DNA from: Octopus vulgaris
Lineage: Eukaryota
DNA: 64,000 nt
Direction of reading: 5' to 3'
NCBI GenBank assembly: GCA_951406725.2
Contig: OX597815.1
Span: 137,888,001-137,952,000 of the forward strand
The notes under the pieces are model-generated. The model was not told the DNA's origin and made no database searches. It worked only from the letters and a program-made list of their open reading frames with translations. Both the position numbers and the translations under genes were made by a program. Of the stretch, positions 38,766 to 51,495 are shown piece after piece; the first letter of the stretch is position 1, and every line of letters starts with the position of its first letter.

Positions 38766-39628
38766 TGAGGGGGTACCCAAAAGTAACTGGAAATGTTCTC
38801 TGTGGGGGAAACCAATAGTAGTTCAGGCTTCTACTGCAAGAAGTACTTGATGCAACCCTCAGGCATCAGTATGTTGACCAGTGGCATAGAGTGAAGTCAT
38901 ACTGCTATGTGGTGTGTCTTTGTTTTGCTGTGCTCCTCCTCTGTTCGTCAATTTTTGTGATGACTGAAACAAAGAAACGTGCTTCTGCAAAATTCTGTTT
39001 TCTAGTGGGGAAAATGTTGGCCGAAACAGTTGTCATGTTTCTAACAGCTTACAAGGATGCTGCCATGAGCAAAACACAAGTTTATGAGTGGTCTTCACAC
39101 TTTAAGAATGGTCACTTGTCACTTGAAGACCAACTTTATTCAGTGAATGAATGAAAACATCATGAAAATTCGAGGACTGATTTTGGGAGACCATTACTGA
39201 ACAATTGATAAACTTGTTGATATGACTGGTGTGTCCTGGAGCTCCTGCCAACAAATTTTGAGTGAGGAGTTGCAAATGAAAAGAGCTGCAGCAAAATTTG
39301 TGACTTATTTGCTCACAGAAGATCAAAAGCAGTCACAACAGAATGCATGTCGTGAATTGAAAGAACAGTTGGAAATTGATCTGGATCTTTTTGTGAAACC
39401 TATCACTGGTGACAAAAGCTGGTGCTACAGAATTTGCAGATGTGGAAGAGGTGAAGGAAAAAAACAATGGCATCACTTTGCAAGAATTCCAGCACTGCTT
39501 TGAAAAGTGGAAAACAAGTCTGGACCAATGCATTGCTTCAAATGGAGAATACTTCGAAAGCAATAAAAGCATACACATGCAAAACTAAGTGAATAAAAGA
39601 ATTCCAGTTTCTTTTGGGTACCCCCTCA
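38766..39628 (+). mobile_element. Internally deleted mariner element with TIRs and TA TSD
   Basis: TIRs gagggggtacccaaaagtaactggaa / ttccagtttcttttgggtaccccctca with TA on both sides. Mariner HTH (RASAKFCF..GK..AETV..AYKD.AMSKTQVYEW..HFKNG), ITGDKSW, then C-terminal WK..LDQCIASNGEYFE. Confidence 0.9.
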
Positions 39629-40542
39629 TAAACATCCAGTAGCTAAGTTTCTCCTCTCTTGTATCAATGAAACATACGTAAGATACATGCACTTCTCAAG
39701 CTGGATCACAGGTACCTGTGTAGGTGATCAATCACTATCAGCTGGTTTTCTCTGTTGCTTTGTGTGCAAGAGGAAGCAGACCATTATAGAAATATGGACA
39801 TAAAATAATGATGATGATGATGATAATCTGTAAGGTCACAGTGGAAGATCATTAGTGGTGACTTAGCACATTTACAAACTTTGGGGGCTTTAGTTGCGGA
39901 TTGTTTTAATAAATAAGGAGGGTGTAGTTTCTTGTGTAAAGATTATATTTTAGTGAAAGTCATCACATCTTCATTGAGAATGGTTTTGAGATTTCTGTTT
40001 ATGGAGGTTGTGCAAATATGGTGTGACGCTTCTAAGTGGCTGACACCTATGTGCTCATAGTTAAGAGGAGTGAAGAGTGAAAACATCTCCAAAAGAGTAT
40101 GTGTGATTAGAAGTAACAAAAAATAGGTCACTCAGAGTGTGAGAAACATGGCCAATCCTTGTGATACACTAGACTTAATAAAATATAGGTCAAAGTAAGC
40201 CTTGCCAGCACTAGGTGCATTAGAGCAGTCTGAAAGGAAATTTTCTACTCAAGAGATAAGATAGAAGCACTTCAAGAATGTATGTAATCTTTGAGAGGGC
40301 TTTATGAGTACTGCACGCCTACAAAAGCTGGTAGATTTTCATTATAGTAACTCTGTTCTTGAAGGGCCAGATATAATCTGGTCACAGTTTGTTTCACACA
40401 CACACATGTACATACATGTAGACTTGCTAGTTGAAACTGTTAGAATCACTGTGCAGTAAGAGCAGCCTAAATAAACCACTACACTCTAGTATTGTATTGA
40501 GCACTTTTTCCCTGTTTGTTAAAAGGTAACAAATGTGTGTGT

Positions 40543-40801
40543 CCCGTTAGCATTTAAACCAGCAATATCTGGCTAAAATATTCTACCTGTTTTATCTTCA
40601 AACTGGTCGGATCTGGCCTTTCACAACTACCCTACACATCATCAAAATCTCAAAGCTATGAAACGTGCTTCTGTGAAATTGTTTTCTGCTAGGGAAAAAA
40701 GTGGCCGAAACAGTTTTCATGCTTCTAACAAGCACGATTAATTCCAAATGATGTGAATACATAAGCATTACATTTGACAGAGCAATCTGAATGCTAAAGG
40801 G
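40543..40801. mobile_element. piggyBac-type MITE (CCC...GGG) carrying a mariner fragment
   Basis: Homologous to 47236-47456. Termini ccc.ttagcatt / aatgctaaaggg. Confidence 0.7.
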
Positions 40802-41339
40802 ATATATATATATAAATATATATTTATATATATATATATATATTGACAAAAGTTGCTAGCTACATGCTGTCAATATATTGTTTGCTTGCTTCACACCTTC
40901 AATAATCCAACTCTTTCCTAAATGCTTTGAAAATAATATATTCTTCAAACAGTCCTCTAATGTACATCATGCTCATAAAAGAAAGAAAATATACCAAGCA
41001 AGCATAGCTTCACACAAAAATCCTATCTCAAAATATCACCAAAGCATACAGGAAGACTAACATTGATATAAACACAAAAGTGAAGGACATAGCCACTCCT
41101 GAAAATAGACAATTGTGTGAATTTCCTCAACATTTGGCTCTCTATTTCATTTCATGGACCATAATGATTTCAGTGAAGAATTTAACATACCAGTAGGGCT
41201 CTGTTATTGACCTTTACTATTTATTATAATTTCCAGGCTATAACAGAGGAATTTAAGACTGCCTGCATGAGAGCTTTAACAGAGGAATTCAAGATTGCCT
41301 GTATGTATGTTGATGGCCTACTTTTCAGTGCAGAATTAC

Positions 41340-41562
41340 TCTTTTATTCTTTTACTTGTTTCAGTCATTTGACTGTGACCATGCTGGAGCACTGCCTTTA
41401 GGTGAGCAAATCGACCCCAGGACTTATTCTTTGTAAGCCAAGTACTTATTCTATCAGTCTCTTTTGCCAAACCGCTAAGTTACAGGGACATAAACACACC
41501 AGCATCAGTTGTCAAGCGATGTTGGGGGGACAAAGACACACAAACATATACACACACACATA

Positions 41563-41609
<47 letters not shown>

Positions 41610-41760
41610 GACAGGCTTCTTTCAGTTTCCATCTACCAAATCCATTCACAAGGCTTTGGTCGGCTATAGTAGAAGACACTTGCCCAAGGTGCCACGTAGT
41701 GGGACTGTACTTGGAACCATATGGTTTGTAAGCAAGCTACTTACCACACAGTCACTCCTT
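41340..41760 (-). mobile_element. tRNA-derived SINE
   Basis: Reverse complement of the 33552 family; nearly colinear with 51088-51495. Confidence 0.85.
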
Positions 41761-41789
41761 TCCCTATTAGTCAAAATTTAGAAAATTCA

Positions 41790-42410
41790 AAATGCAGAAG
41801 CAAATCATATAATCAAGCAACCTCAAAATAAACCTAACAAAGACAAAATTTTTAGTTGACAGAGAAGACAGAACTCTACTGCCATCTGGGAAATGACCAT
41901 GCTCATTAGGCAGAAAATGAGTGAGTAGGAATTCTATATGCTGGACCCAATATAAACAGTGAGATCACAAGCAGACCGAGAGAACAGAAACTTTATATGT
42001 AGTAGTCATACAGCAGTAAAAGTACCTGTCAAAAAAATTTTTCAGAGTTGGGAAGTAGCTTTTCTTACCTAGGTGGTCTAATTAGCAGTGGAGGAAGATA
42101 TTTAAAAAATATAGTGGCCTGAGTAAGAAGCAAGTGGATCAGCGAGTTTTTACCACTGCTGTCAGCAAAGGGTTCTTCCCTCCAAATGTAAAAAAAAAAT
42201 TGTATGACACTTGGGTGTATAGTGCGGTGTTGCATGGTAGCAAACAATGGTAGCTGAATGCAGAGCAAGTGCAAAGACTGGAAAGAAATTAAGTGAGCAT
42301 GTTCTGCTGGATACTTAATATTAATGTGCATGAACAACAGAGTACAAATGAGCTGAGAGGAAAACTGAATATAAATGGAATTAACTGTAATATACAAGAG
42401 AAAACCATGA
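41790..42410 (+). mobile_element. Decayed RTE-like LINE fragment
   Basis: INLTKTKFLV, GK.PCS, and later gtgagcatgttctgctgg...aatgtgcatgaacaacagagt, homologous to 26950-27050. Confidence 0.55.
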
Positions 42411-42444
42411 TGGTGCCAGCATCAAACAGGCACTCCATCAGCTA

Positions 42445-44955
42445 TCTATATATTAATATGCTTGTACCATCGGTGTTTGTCACGCTAAGGGAGATAAGTC
42501 TGGATTAAATTTCAGTCATTTCCCTTGGTTTCTGGATTGGCATTGTTGCAACACTCTTGAAAGGTGGTAAAACTCTTCACAGTATATTCAAGCTTCCAGT
42601 TCCTTTGAGTGAAACAAAGTTTATGCAATGTTCCATCAAATTCTGATCAAGGAAACATTCCTAGCCGAGTAAGTCTTCATTATTGATGAAGCTTCAATGA
42701 TACCAGTTAATGCTTTGAAAGCTATAGATTATTTAAGAGATATTATGAATAGTAATAGTATATTTGATAGGAAAATTATCGTACTAGGAGTAGATTTTAG
42801 ACAAGTGCTTCCAGTTGTTTCCAGAGCTCCTCCTGCAGCTGTACTTGATGCCTGCTTCAAACGCTCCTCTATGAGGGATAATTTTCACCAAATGCAATTT
42901 AATGCAAAACATGAGAACAAATGCAAATGAACAAGATATTTTGAAGAGGCTACTACAACTTGGAAGTGGATTTCTTCAAAGTTCTCTTGATAATCTCGCA
43001 GAAGATACTATTGATATTCCTGAGGCGCACATATGTAACAATTCTTTGGTATCTGGTATATTTGACAATTGTACAGCAGAAGAAATAAAAAATAGAGTGA
43101 TCTAATCCCCTAAAAATTCGGACTGCTTAGCAGTCCGAATTCTAAGATTGCCCACTGAAACTAAGACATATCTAAGCACCAACTCAGTAACCGATAATAA
43201 AGAAGCAGCCCAGAATTATCCCATGGAGTTTATAAACTCTCTTACACCTTCTGGAATGCCTCCCATCACCTTAACTTAAAAGTCAGAGCAATTATTATGC
43301 TTTTTAGAAACCTCTCTATAACACAAGGTCTATGCAATGGAACTCACTTGAAAGTACTTCAGCTCCACAAGCATAGCATCAAAGCATCAATTATAAGTGG
43401 ATCTCATTATTACACAAGAGTACTGATTCCAAGAATCAAACTTATTCCATGCAATGCAAACATTCCACTCATTATGCATCGGATCAATTTCCCTATTTGT
43501 CTTTCCTATTCTATGACAATCAATAAAGCACAGAGGCAAACATTCAATAGAATTGGCATACACTTGCCACAACCATGCTTCATTCATGGCCAGCTTTACA
43601 TAGCTTTTTCAAGAGCAAAGCCGATGAACAGTGTGAGGGTTAAAGTGATACCTCAAAACGAATCCACTCCTGGTCGCAGAAGGGGAATCACCTACACTAG
43701 AAACATTGTATATATAGGGAAGTGCTGTAACAGATGTATTTAACATATACTTTCACACAGTAACTTAATATATACTTGTATCTCTTATTATAAAAGGCAG
43801 ATTTTATCTGCCTCTCTTTGTCAGTTATAGAAATCTACAATATAGGATTTCTTCAATTACAATTTACCTAGCATTTTTAAGAGTAGAATGCATCGGGTTT
43901 TGCCAGGTCCAGTTTTTAAAATTTAAACTCCAATTAAGCAAAATTTACAGAAAACTCACATTCTGGTGTGTATGTCAAATGCTTTTCTTAGTCTGGTTTA
44001 CAGCACATGCAAACGCACACACACAGTGTGCAACGAATAAAGTGAAACTAGATGTAATATTTGTTTCTGTCTATCACGCTGATAGATACATGAGTAAAAT
44101 GTATGGCAAGCTAACAGATAAGAGTGAGTGAAAATGTTCTTGGAAGAGAGTAAATAGCGACAGAGTGATTTGAGGAAGACTAAACTGAAAGTATGAAATA
44201 GTGTTTATGTATAAACAGACGACACTTATATAAACCCTTTCGTTACCAAACCGCCCGAATTTACCTATTCATATTTAAATGAGAATATCAGAGTAAATCT
44301 CTTTAGTACATTCGTGAAAACACGTATTATACTTTGTAAATACTTCAAATACAGTTTTGTACAAAAATCGAAGTGTAATTTTAATTCCGTGAATTATGGG
44401 AGATTTTTTTCCGAAATTTGTTCCTATTGTGTTTTCAAAATTTGTAATTCTGACAAAAAATGGATACGAATTTCATTATATCAAGCAGCGAGTCAGAATT
44501 CGAAGGATTTTCTACTGAAGACCTTCATAAATCTAACTCTATGACTGAAAAAAAAAAGCATCTTTATATAAGAGTGAAGTTGTGTGTCTGTCTCCTACGA
44601 TTTAGATTCGTAACTACTCCCACATTTTGCGGTGCAGTTTAACCAAAAGCGGGTATCTTATAGTCGTGATTCATATTGAGCCCTTCTGGGTATTAGCGCG
44701 CGTCTACGATGAGTCTACGATTTTAAAAAAATTTACCATCATATTTTTCCATTTTAATGCATTTTTTTCGCTTTTATATAAAGGAAGTAACTCTCTAAAA
44801 ATATCTACGATGTGTCAACGATTTAAAAAAAAATTTACCTTAATTTTTTTTCAATTTTTAATGCATTTTTTTGCTATTTTTTGGCTATAACTCTCTAAAA
44901 ATGCTTATATAGTTATTTCCCTTACAACCCGAGCAACGCCGGGCGATACTGCTAG
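42445..44955 (+). mobile_element. Composite Helitron with decayed PIF1-type helicase
   Basis: A|TC 5' end at 42445. 3' hairpin cccgagc..gccggg then CTAG|T at 44952-44956. Internal TC-type starts at 43781 and 44561. Confidence 0.75.
42538..43720 (+). pseudogene. Helitron PIF1-like helicase domain pseudogene
   Basis: GIVATLLKGGKTLHSIFKLP, IIDEASM, LGVDFRQVLPVV, NSLTPSGMP, RNLSITQGLCNGT, SMTINKAQ.QT, HGQLYIAFSR. Broken by frameshifts and stops (ORFs 42697, 42902, 43297). Confidence 0.9.
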
Positions 44956-45074
44956 TTATTAATAAATATAACAAAGTATAATAGAATTTTCCATTAACCA
45001 AAATAGTGCAAATTAAACAATTTTGATTAATTGATAACTATTCAGCGAACGATATTTAAATTATCCATGAACTT

Positions 45075-45392
45075 TTTCACAGGTCCAGCTAGTGACAACG
45101 AATGTTTCAGTTGATCTGATCAATGGAACAGCTTGCTCATGAAATTAACATGCAAGTGGCTGAACACTCCACAAACACACAGGCTCTTAACACAGTTCTC
45201 AGGGAAATTCAGCAGGACACAGAATGTGACAAGGTTGGTTCTCTGAATTACAGGTACAACTTAATTTTGCCAGCTGAGTAGACTGGAGCAACATAAATTA
45301 AAGTGTCTGGTTCAAGGACACAAAACACCCCAAGGAATCATAACCTTCCAATTGTGAATCAAATACCTTGACCACTAAGTCCCGTGCCTTCG
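45075..45392 (-). mobile_element. tRNA-derived SINE
   Basis: Minus head ggcacgggacttagtggtcaaggtatt..; shares the tggagcaac..aagtgtct.g.tcaaggacaca core with 32481-32814. Confidence 0.7.
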
Positions 45393-46741
45393 TGGTACCA
45401 GCAGGTGATGAATATCGAGGATGACAGTTGGGTAAGCTGAAAGTCAAGAGAAATAGAAAACCAGAAAGGACATGAGAAGTGGTGAAAGCTGATTTCAAGA
45501 GGCTGAACTTCACAGAGATGTGGCAAAATGTTTTGCTAGTTAAGGCCTACCTATCCTATCCAAGCATGTAAAAATGGACATAAAATGATGACATAAATTT
45601 GGGTCAAATTTTACCATACAAGAATAAATAAAGAGAGTGACAGTTTTGTCAGTAGCCCAAATGTTTTCATACATGAGTATCAAGAATTTATACTGCAAAC
45701 ATCAAAATTACAACTTTATAACTGTCTTCCAAAAAGGCTAAGGAATCTAAATGTATAAAATTGCTTATGAATGTGTGTATACACATGTAAGAATGTTTGT
45801 ATGTAAGCACACACCTATCAAAAACCAGTGAAGATATAAATTGGTGTAAATTATACAGCAAAAGATGTACTTTTTTTTTATTCCGCATATACTATCTGCA
45901 GTAGATTATATATAAGCTGGATAGAACAGCTTCTACTGACTCATTGGTGATACTAAACACATAAAACTGAATTCTATGATATACAGCAGAGGTAACACAA
46001 GAAACAAAGAAGTTTTCTCATTACTAATCTTGCATGTGGAGAATAAGCAGAAATTACAGCAACTATCAAATTGCCTGTCATGAGCTTAAATTTAATGGTT
46101 CTAGCACTCACTTTGACTACCTTAACTGTATACCCAACTACTTCATTGCTAAAAATATACTTGCCCCATCAGTATCAGAATTATTAAGTATCCAGAATTT
46201 AAATTTATGCTTTTTTTTCTTCTGATCAATCAAACAATTACAATTTTTCATCTTATTTCCAGGAGTCATTACAGTTCAATCTTTCTAAATTCTAACATCT
46301 TAACCTTGCATACTCTTCTGATCATCATCATACACACACACACATTTAAGGAAGATAAATAAAACCAATAAAATAATTACTTGCTTAAAAAAATATATCT
46401 GAAGTTTGATATCAGGCATGTTTTTCTTCTTTTTATACAATTCCTTATAGTAATTGTATTCATCTATTCATTATTTACTCATTTGCTTCTGAAACACTTT
46501 TTTTCTTTAAGAGAAATGTTCTGTTTTTTGGTTCTAGCAATAATGGCTAGAGCTTCATCAAAAGACTAGAAAGCCTCAGAGAGATCTTTAGTTGATAAAA
46601 TTTATGGTAGCTCTGCATCCTAAACTCTTATTATCTTGATTTTTTTTAGTAAGATGTTGTTCTCTCTATATATTGTCCTCAGATATTTCTTCTCTATTTA
46701 ATTCAAATAACTCCATTTCAACACATCTTTTTCATTTATAT

Positions 46742-47006
46742 CAGTGTTTCTCAACCATTTTTTGCCTATGGACTCCTTTGGTTTCCAATTTTACTCTATT
46801 GGACCCTCGTAGCCAGTCAGTGTTTTTAAAAAATCCTATTATCATCATCATCATCGTTTAACATCCGTTGTCCATACTAGCATGGGTTGGACGGTTTGAC
46901 CAGGATCTGGGAAGCCAGAAGGCTGCACCAGGCTCCACATAAATTTTAACAATAAAATCTTATATGGACCCCTAAGGGTCATGTGGACTCTGGTTGCAAA
47001 CCACTG
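46742..47006. mobile_element. hAT MITE with 8-bp TSD, interrupted by a SINE/LINE tail
   Basis: TSD atttatat at 46734-46741 and 47007-47014. TIR cagtg.ttctcaa / ttgcaaaccactg. Confidence 0.85.
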
Positions 47007-47235
47007 ATTTATATCACTTAATTCAGCATATGAGCTAGCCCAACAATCTCTTCATGAATATTTTGTACTAGCTGTTCAAACTCAGAAAGTCCACAATATA
47101 GTCTGGATAAATTTTACTCCAGACAAGATTCATTATGGTTGTTTTCACTTCTTGCCATACTTCTGTACATTGAGCATTCATACCAACATTTCTTTAGAGG
47201 AAGTTTAGTTTCAGTGTCTAAACTTAACAGCTTAA

Positions 47236-47456
47236 CCCTTTAGCATTTAAACTGGCCACATCTGGCCTTAATATTCTACTTGTTTCATATGTTCAAACTG
47301 GCAAGATTCAGCCTCTCACACTTACCCAACAATTCATTCTAAAAATAAACAATCACATCATTGACCTGTTGAAGCTACAAGATAATGCATTATTTATTCA
47401 AAATAATAAGGATAAATAAGTATCACATTTGACAGAATAATCTGAATGCTAAAGGG
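47236..47456. mobile_element. piggyBac-type MITE
   Basis: TTAA|ccctttagcatt ... aatgctaaaggg|ctaa. Confidence 0.75.
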
Positions 47457-47499
47457 CTAAATGTGCACAGTAAAATTAGGCTTTGAATGTATGAAATAT

Positions 47500-48450
47500 A
47501 ACCTACTGATCCATAGATCATATCAAGCTGATTGACTTTGGTAGCAGAAAAGTACTTTAATATTATCTGTCAAATCAATCATATTAAGTGGATGACCTGC
47601 AGCATTGTCAACAAAAAGCAAGGCACTATTTTCATGGTTCTTTGTCTGACAGTATATTTTGCAGGAAACAAATCAATTTTGGAATATTGTTCAAGTGACT
47701 CACTTCTTTTCATTTTATCTTAATATATTTGGAAGATAAGATTTAGAGCAGACTTTCATAATTATTGATGTCTCACTCAAAATGATAAACAGCCAGTGGC
47801 TAGAGCTTTAAAACTCTTTGAAGTGTAGGTGAGTCATACAATCTTTGGCAGCTTTGAAACCTAGTGCAACATTTTCTTCTTTACAAATCTAAGTTCATTT
47901 TGGCATTTGTTTCCAAGACAGGCTTGTCTCATCTACATAAAAAAAATTCACTGTGATGTCTATCTTTCTTCGTCAAAAATATTTTTCTTTAAAGCTGGAA
48001 ATGCAGCTCCATTTTCTTTGTTGGCACTTGCAGACTCATCTGTTACCTGTATGTTATATAATCTTGAGAAATTCTTGAGAGGCTCAAACCAACCTTGAGT
48101 TTTCATTTTCATCATAGAACCATAACTTTTTCTATAGGTCATCAAACTCAACACTTTCATTTGTGCCATGAGCAGTGAATATGAATAGTTATGATATTGC
48201 ATGTCCTCTATATGTTTAACAGTCTTTCCATATTTTCCATAAAGCTGCTTTTATTCCAAGTTAATTTTGTAACAATTACACAATTATTTATTTGTTTTTT
48301 TTTAGTATTACTGTGAATTGTTCATACAGCTGTTGGATGCAGATGAATAACTCTATTATCTACAGCTTCCTATCCATCATTGAATCTCTGTAATAGTTCT
48401 AATTTAGTTTCTAATATTAGACTTCTTTCCTGTCTGCCCACAGTAGAGAA
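47500..48450 (-). pseudogene. Tigger/pogo (TIGD-like) transposase remnant
   Basis: QGWFE..KN..RLYNIQVTDESASANKE..AFP, VDETSL.WKQMPK, GFKAAKD, LKL.PL, FVDNAAGHP. Confidence 0.8.
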
Positions 48451-49921
48451 GCACAGAACATGCTTAGGTAACAGTGCAAAAGGGCTAAATCAAGGAATAT
48501 TTGCAAAGCAAAAATTGCAAGGAATGCCTCTTACTACCACTAAGTTCAAAAACTAAACAATTACAAAAGCTAGTGAGTTTTGAAATTAGCAGGTTTTGCA
48601 ATAATTTGCCATTTAACCACTTTGCTTCAATGTGTATATTTATCCATTTCTATATTCATTTATTCCAATCTCTATAGTTAATAATTTGCCCCAATTTGTT
48701 ATAATTTTCATTTAATACCATGTATAAAAAACAAAAAGGTAATCTGATAGTGGAAAACTGAAAAGGAAATTTTATATTCAGTACATTGAAGAAAGTAGAG
48801 TCACTTGTAATTTATGTAGATTAATAAAGATAAAAAAATTCTGCTTTAGTAGTGTATTAATTTGTATGTGTTAAATACAATTTCATTCTTTATTTTTCAT
48901 TATTATTCATGAATATTCATGGATAATGATTAAACACTGTAGACTGATCTTTGGTGATCAATGAGAAATTGAATGATTAGTATCTGCATACATCATTTTA
49001 AAAAATTTTCATTTTTATTTTTCTGTACTGAAAAAAAAAATGTAATAGGTTATAAATAGCAGAAAAAAAAAAAGAAAAAGAATTCAATAAGAGAGTCATA
49101 CATTTTATGACTTTTTATTTTACGCTTTTTGGTTTTTATTATAAAAGATATTGAGGACTGCCTGTATATACCTTCATATATCTATTAAGTACAATTCAAA
49201 CATTTCTTTTGAAGTGAAAGGAACAACTCCTACACACATCTCTATCTCTCTTTCACACACAAGCACGCACATGCGCACACACACACCCACACATGCTCAC
49301 AGCTGCATAAAAATCAATAAAAATATTTTAATTCATGACATGTAAATAATACACCTTGAGAATACCACACTAAACAAGACTTTTGAACTTAATATTAGAA
49401 GTCTTCTTCAAAATATGACATTCAAACTTCCTGACCAAAGTTCCAATGGAATATGTCCACAAAACTAATTACCTAAATAGTGCTGAAACCAAGGATTTGT
49501 CATCTTTTCAATGTTGTTGAAGAACATAATTCATTAAATTAATGGATAAACAAAAAAAAACCAAATTTAAGCAACTAATTTTAAATCAATAATTTATTTT
49601 AACTAGAGACCTACATTAAAATAAATATAATTAGCACAGTTGCTATATCTATGAATTCACTTATAGCACATTCCTGGAAGTTATATCTTAATTTCTCCTC
49701 AGCTTTCCTTCATTGAATATTTAGCTAACTTCATCCAAATCAATGTTCATAGTAAGTCAAAAGTCGAAAAATATCTTCTCTACTAGAATATGAGGACCAC
49801 ATTTATCTAAATTTCAATATTTTCTACTATAATATGAATTAACAAAAGAGAGGACTTGTAGCTCTATATCAGTAGATTTAGCCGATAAGCATGGTTAATT
49901 TGACTAAGAGTAAGCAAACAC

Positions 49922-50257
49922 AGGAGTAAGAGTAGTAATAAAAAAGATTGACAGCTGAGTGAGGAACTTAGGAGTAAGAGTAGTAATAAAAAAGATTGAC
50001 AGCTGAGTGAGGAACTTAGGAGTAAGAGTAGTAATAAAAAATATTGACAGCTGAGTGAGGAACTTAGGGGTAAGAGTAGTAATAAAAAATATTGACAGCT
50101 GAGTGAGGAACTTAGGGGTAAGAGTAGTAATAAAAAAGATTGACAGCTGAGTGAGGAACTTAGGAGTAAGGGTAGTAATAAAAAAGATTGACAGCTGAGT
50201 GAGGAACTTAGGGGTAGGAGTAGTAATAAAAAAGATTGACAGCTGAGTGAGGAACTT
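49922..50257. repeat. Minisatellite, 7 x 48 bp (AGGAGTAAGAGTAGTAATAAAAAAGATTGACAGCTGAGTGAGGAACTT)
   Basis: Seven contiguous units, each differing by 0-2 substitutions. No spacers. Confidence 0.97.
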
Positions 50258-51087
50258 ATGAATCATGCTTCAACATCGATAGTTTGTCAATGTAAAATAT
50301 AGAACTTAGATTAAATACTTTAATGAAAAGATTAGAATTACAGATAAACAAACCAACTAAATATGAGATAAATAGATAAATAGGGAATGTTATTCACAGA
50401 TTCAAATATTTGGAACAACTTTCAAAATTAGACAAAAATAGTAACAACATTTAGCTTTAACAATTTTTAATACTTCTATTTTCTTAGCTCCTTATTGACA
50501 TATGTTTAAATAATTGATACCTTCTTAATGATGGAATGAAATTCAAATGTTATGATATGATATGACAGAGAAGTTATAACCAACATTAGGAACTTCCTTT
50601 TTTATTCATTAGTTTAAGGAAGACAGCACTGTTCTTCTATCACACTTTAGCCTCTCAACCCCAGCACAAAGCCACCTCCCTCAATACTAAATTTTAATTC
50701 TGCCATTGGGTTTTGCCTAGAAAGTTACTTGGTGAACTCATTTGTGTCGGTGCTATGAAAAAAAGCACCCAGTACACTTTGTAAAGTGGCCAGCAATAGG
50801 AAAGGCATCCAGCTGTAGAAACCTTGCTAAAAGCAGACATTAGAGTCCAATGCAGCCCTCTGAATTGTCAAATCCTTTTGAACCATCCAATCCATGCTAG
50901 CATAGAATACAGCAGTTAAATGATGATGATAATATATATATATATAAAATGGTCATTTTGTTAAACTGGCAAAATATATATATATTGTTAAGAGTTTATG
51001 TTGGCCTCATGAAGGGATGGTGCCATCCAAGGAAATACTGGTTCAATACCTAATATATTGGGGGAATTAATTTCCTTAAAATAATAT

Positions 51088-51495
51088 ACTCTTTTTTTAC
51101 TCTTTTTACTTGTTTCAGTCATTTGACTGTGGCCATGCTGGAGCACCGCCTTTAGTCGAGCAAATCTACCCCGGGACTTATTCTTTGTAAGCCCAGTACT
51201 TATTCTATCGGTCTCTTTTTTGCCGAACCGCTAAGTGACTGGGACGTAAACACTCCAGCATCGGTTGTCAAGCAATGTTGGGGGGACAAACACAGACACA
51301 CAAACATACACACACATACATATATGTACATATATACGACAGGCTTCTTTCAGTTTCCGTCTACCAAATCCACTCACAAGGCATTGGTCGGCCCGAGGCT
51401 ATAGCAGAAGACACTTGCCCAAGATGCCACGCAGTGGGACTGAACCCGGAACCATGTGGTTGGTTAGCAAGCTACTTACCACACAGCCACTCCAT
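51088..51495 (-). mobile_element. Full-length tRNA-derived SINE (CpG-retaining copy)
   Basis: Minus head ggagtggctgtgtggtaagtagcttgct..ccgggttcagtccc; tail atgactgaaacaagtaaaaaga. Confidence 0.88.

Noticed and set aside
42697-43743. Host PIF1 helicase gene
   Set aside because: Intronless, frameshifted and enclosed by Helitron termini.
46105-46170. Strong minus-strand donor (gtgagt) as the missing first GRB2-like exon
   Set aside because: In-frame stop just upstream and no SH3 motif.
49904-50266. 48-bp array as a CRISPR array, repeat protein, or bacterial -35 (TTGACA) array
   Set aside because: Contiguous units without unique spacers, no cas genes, eukaryotic context. The ORF is a by-product of the 48-nt period.
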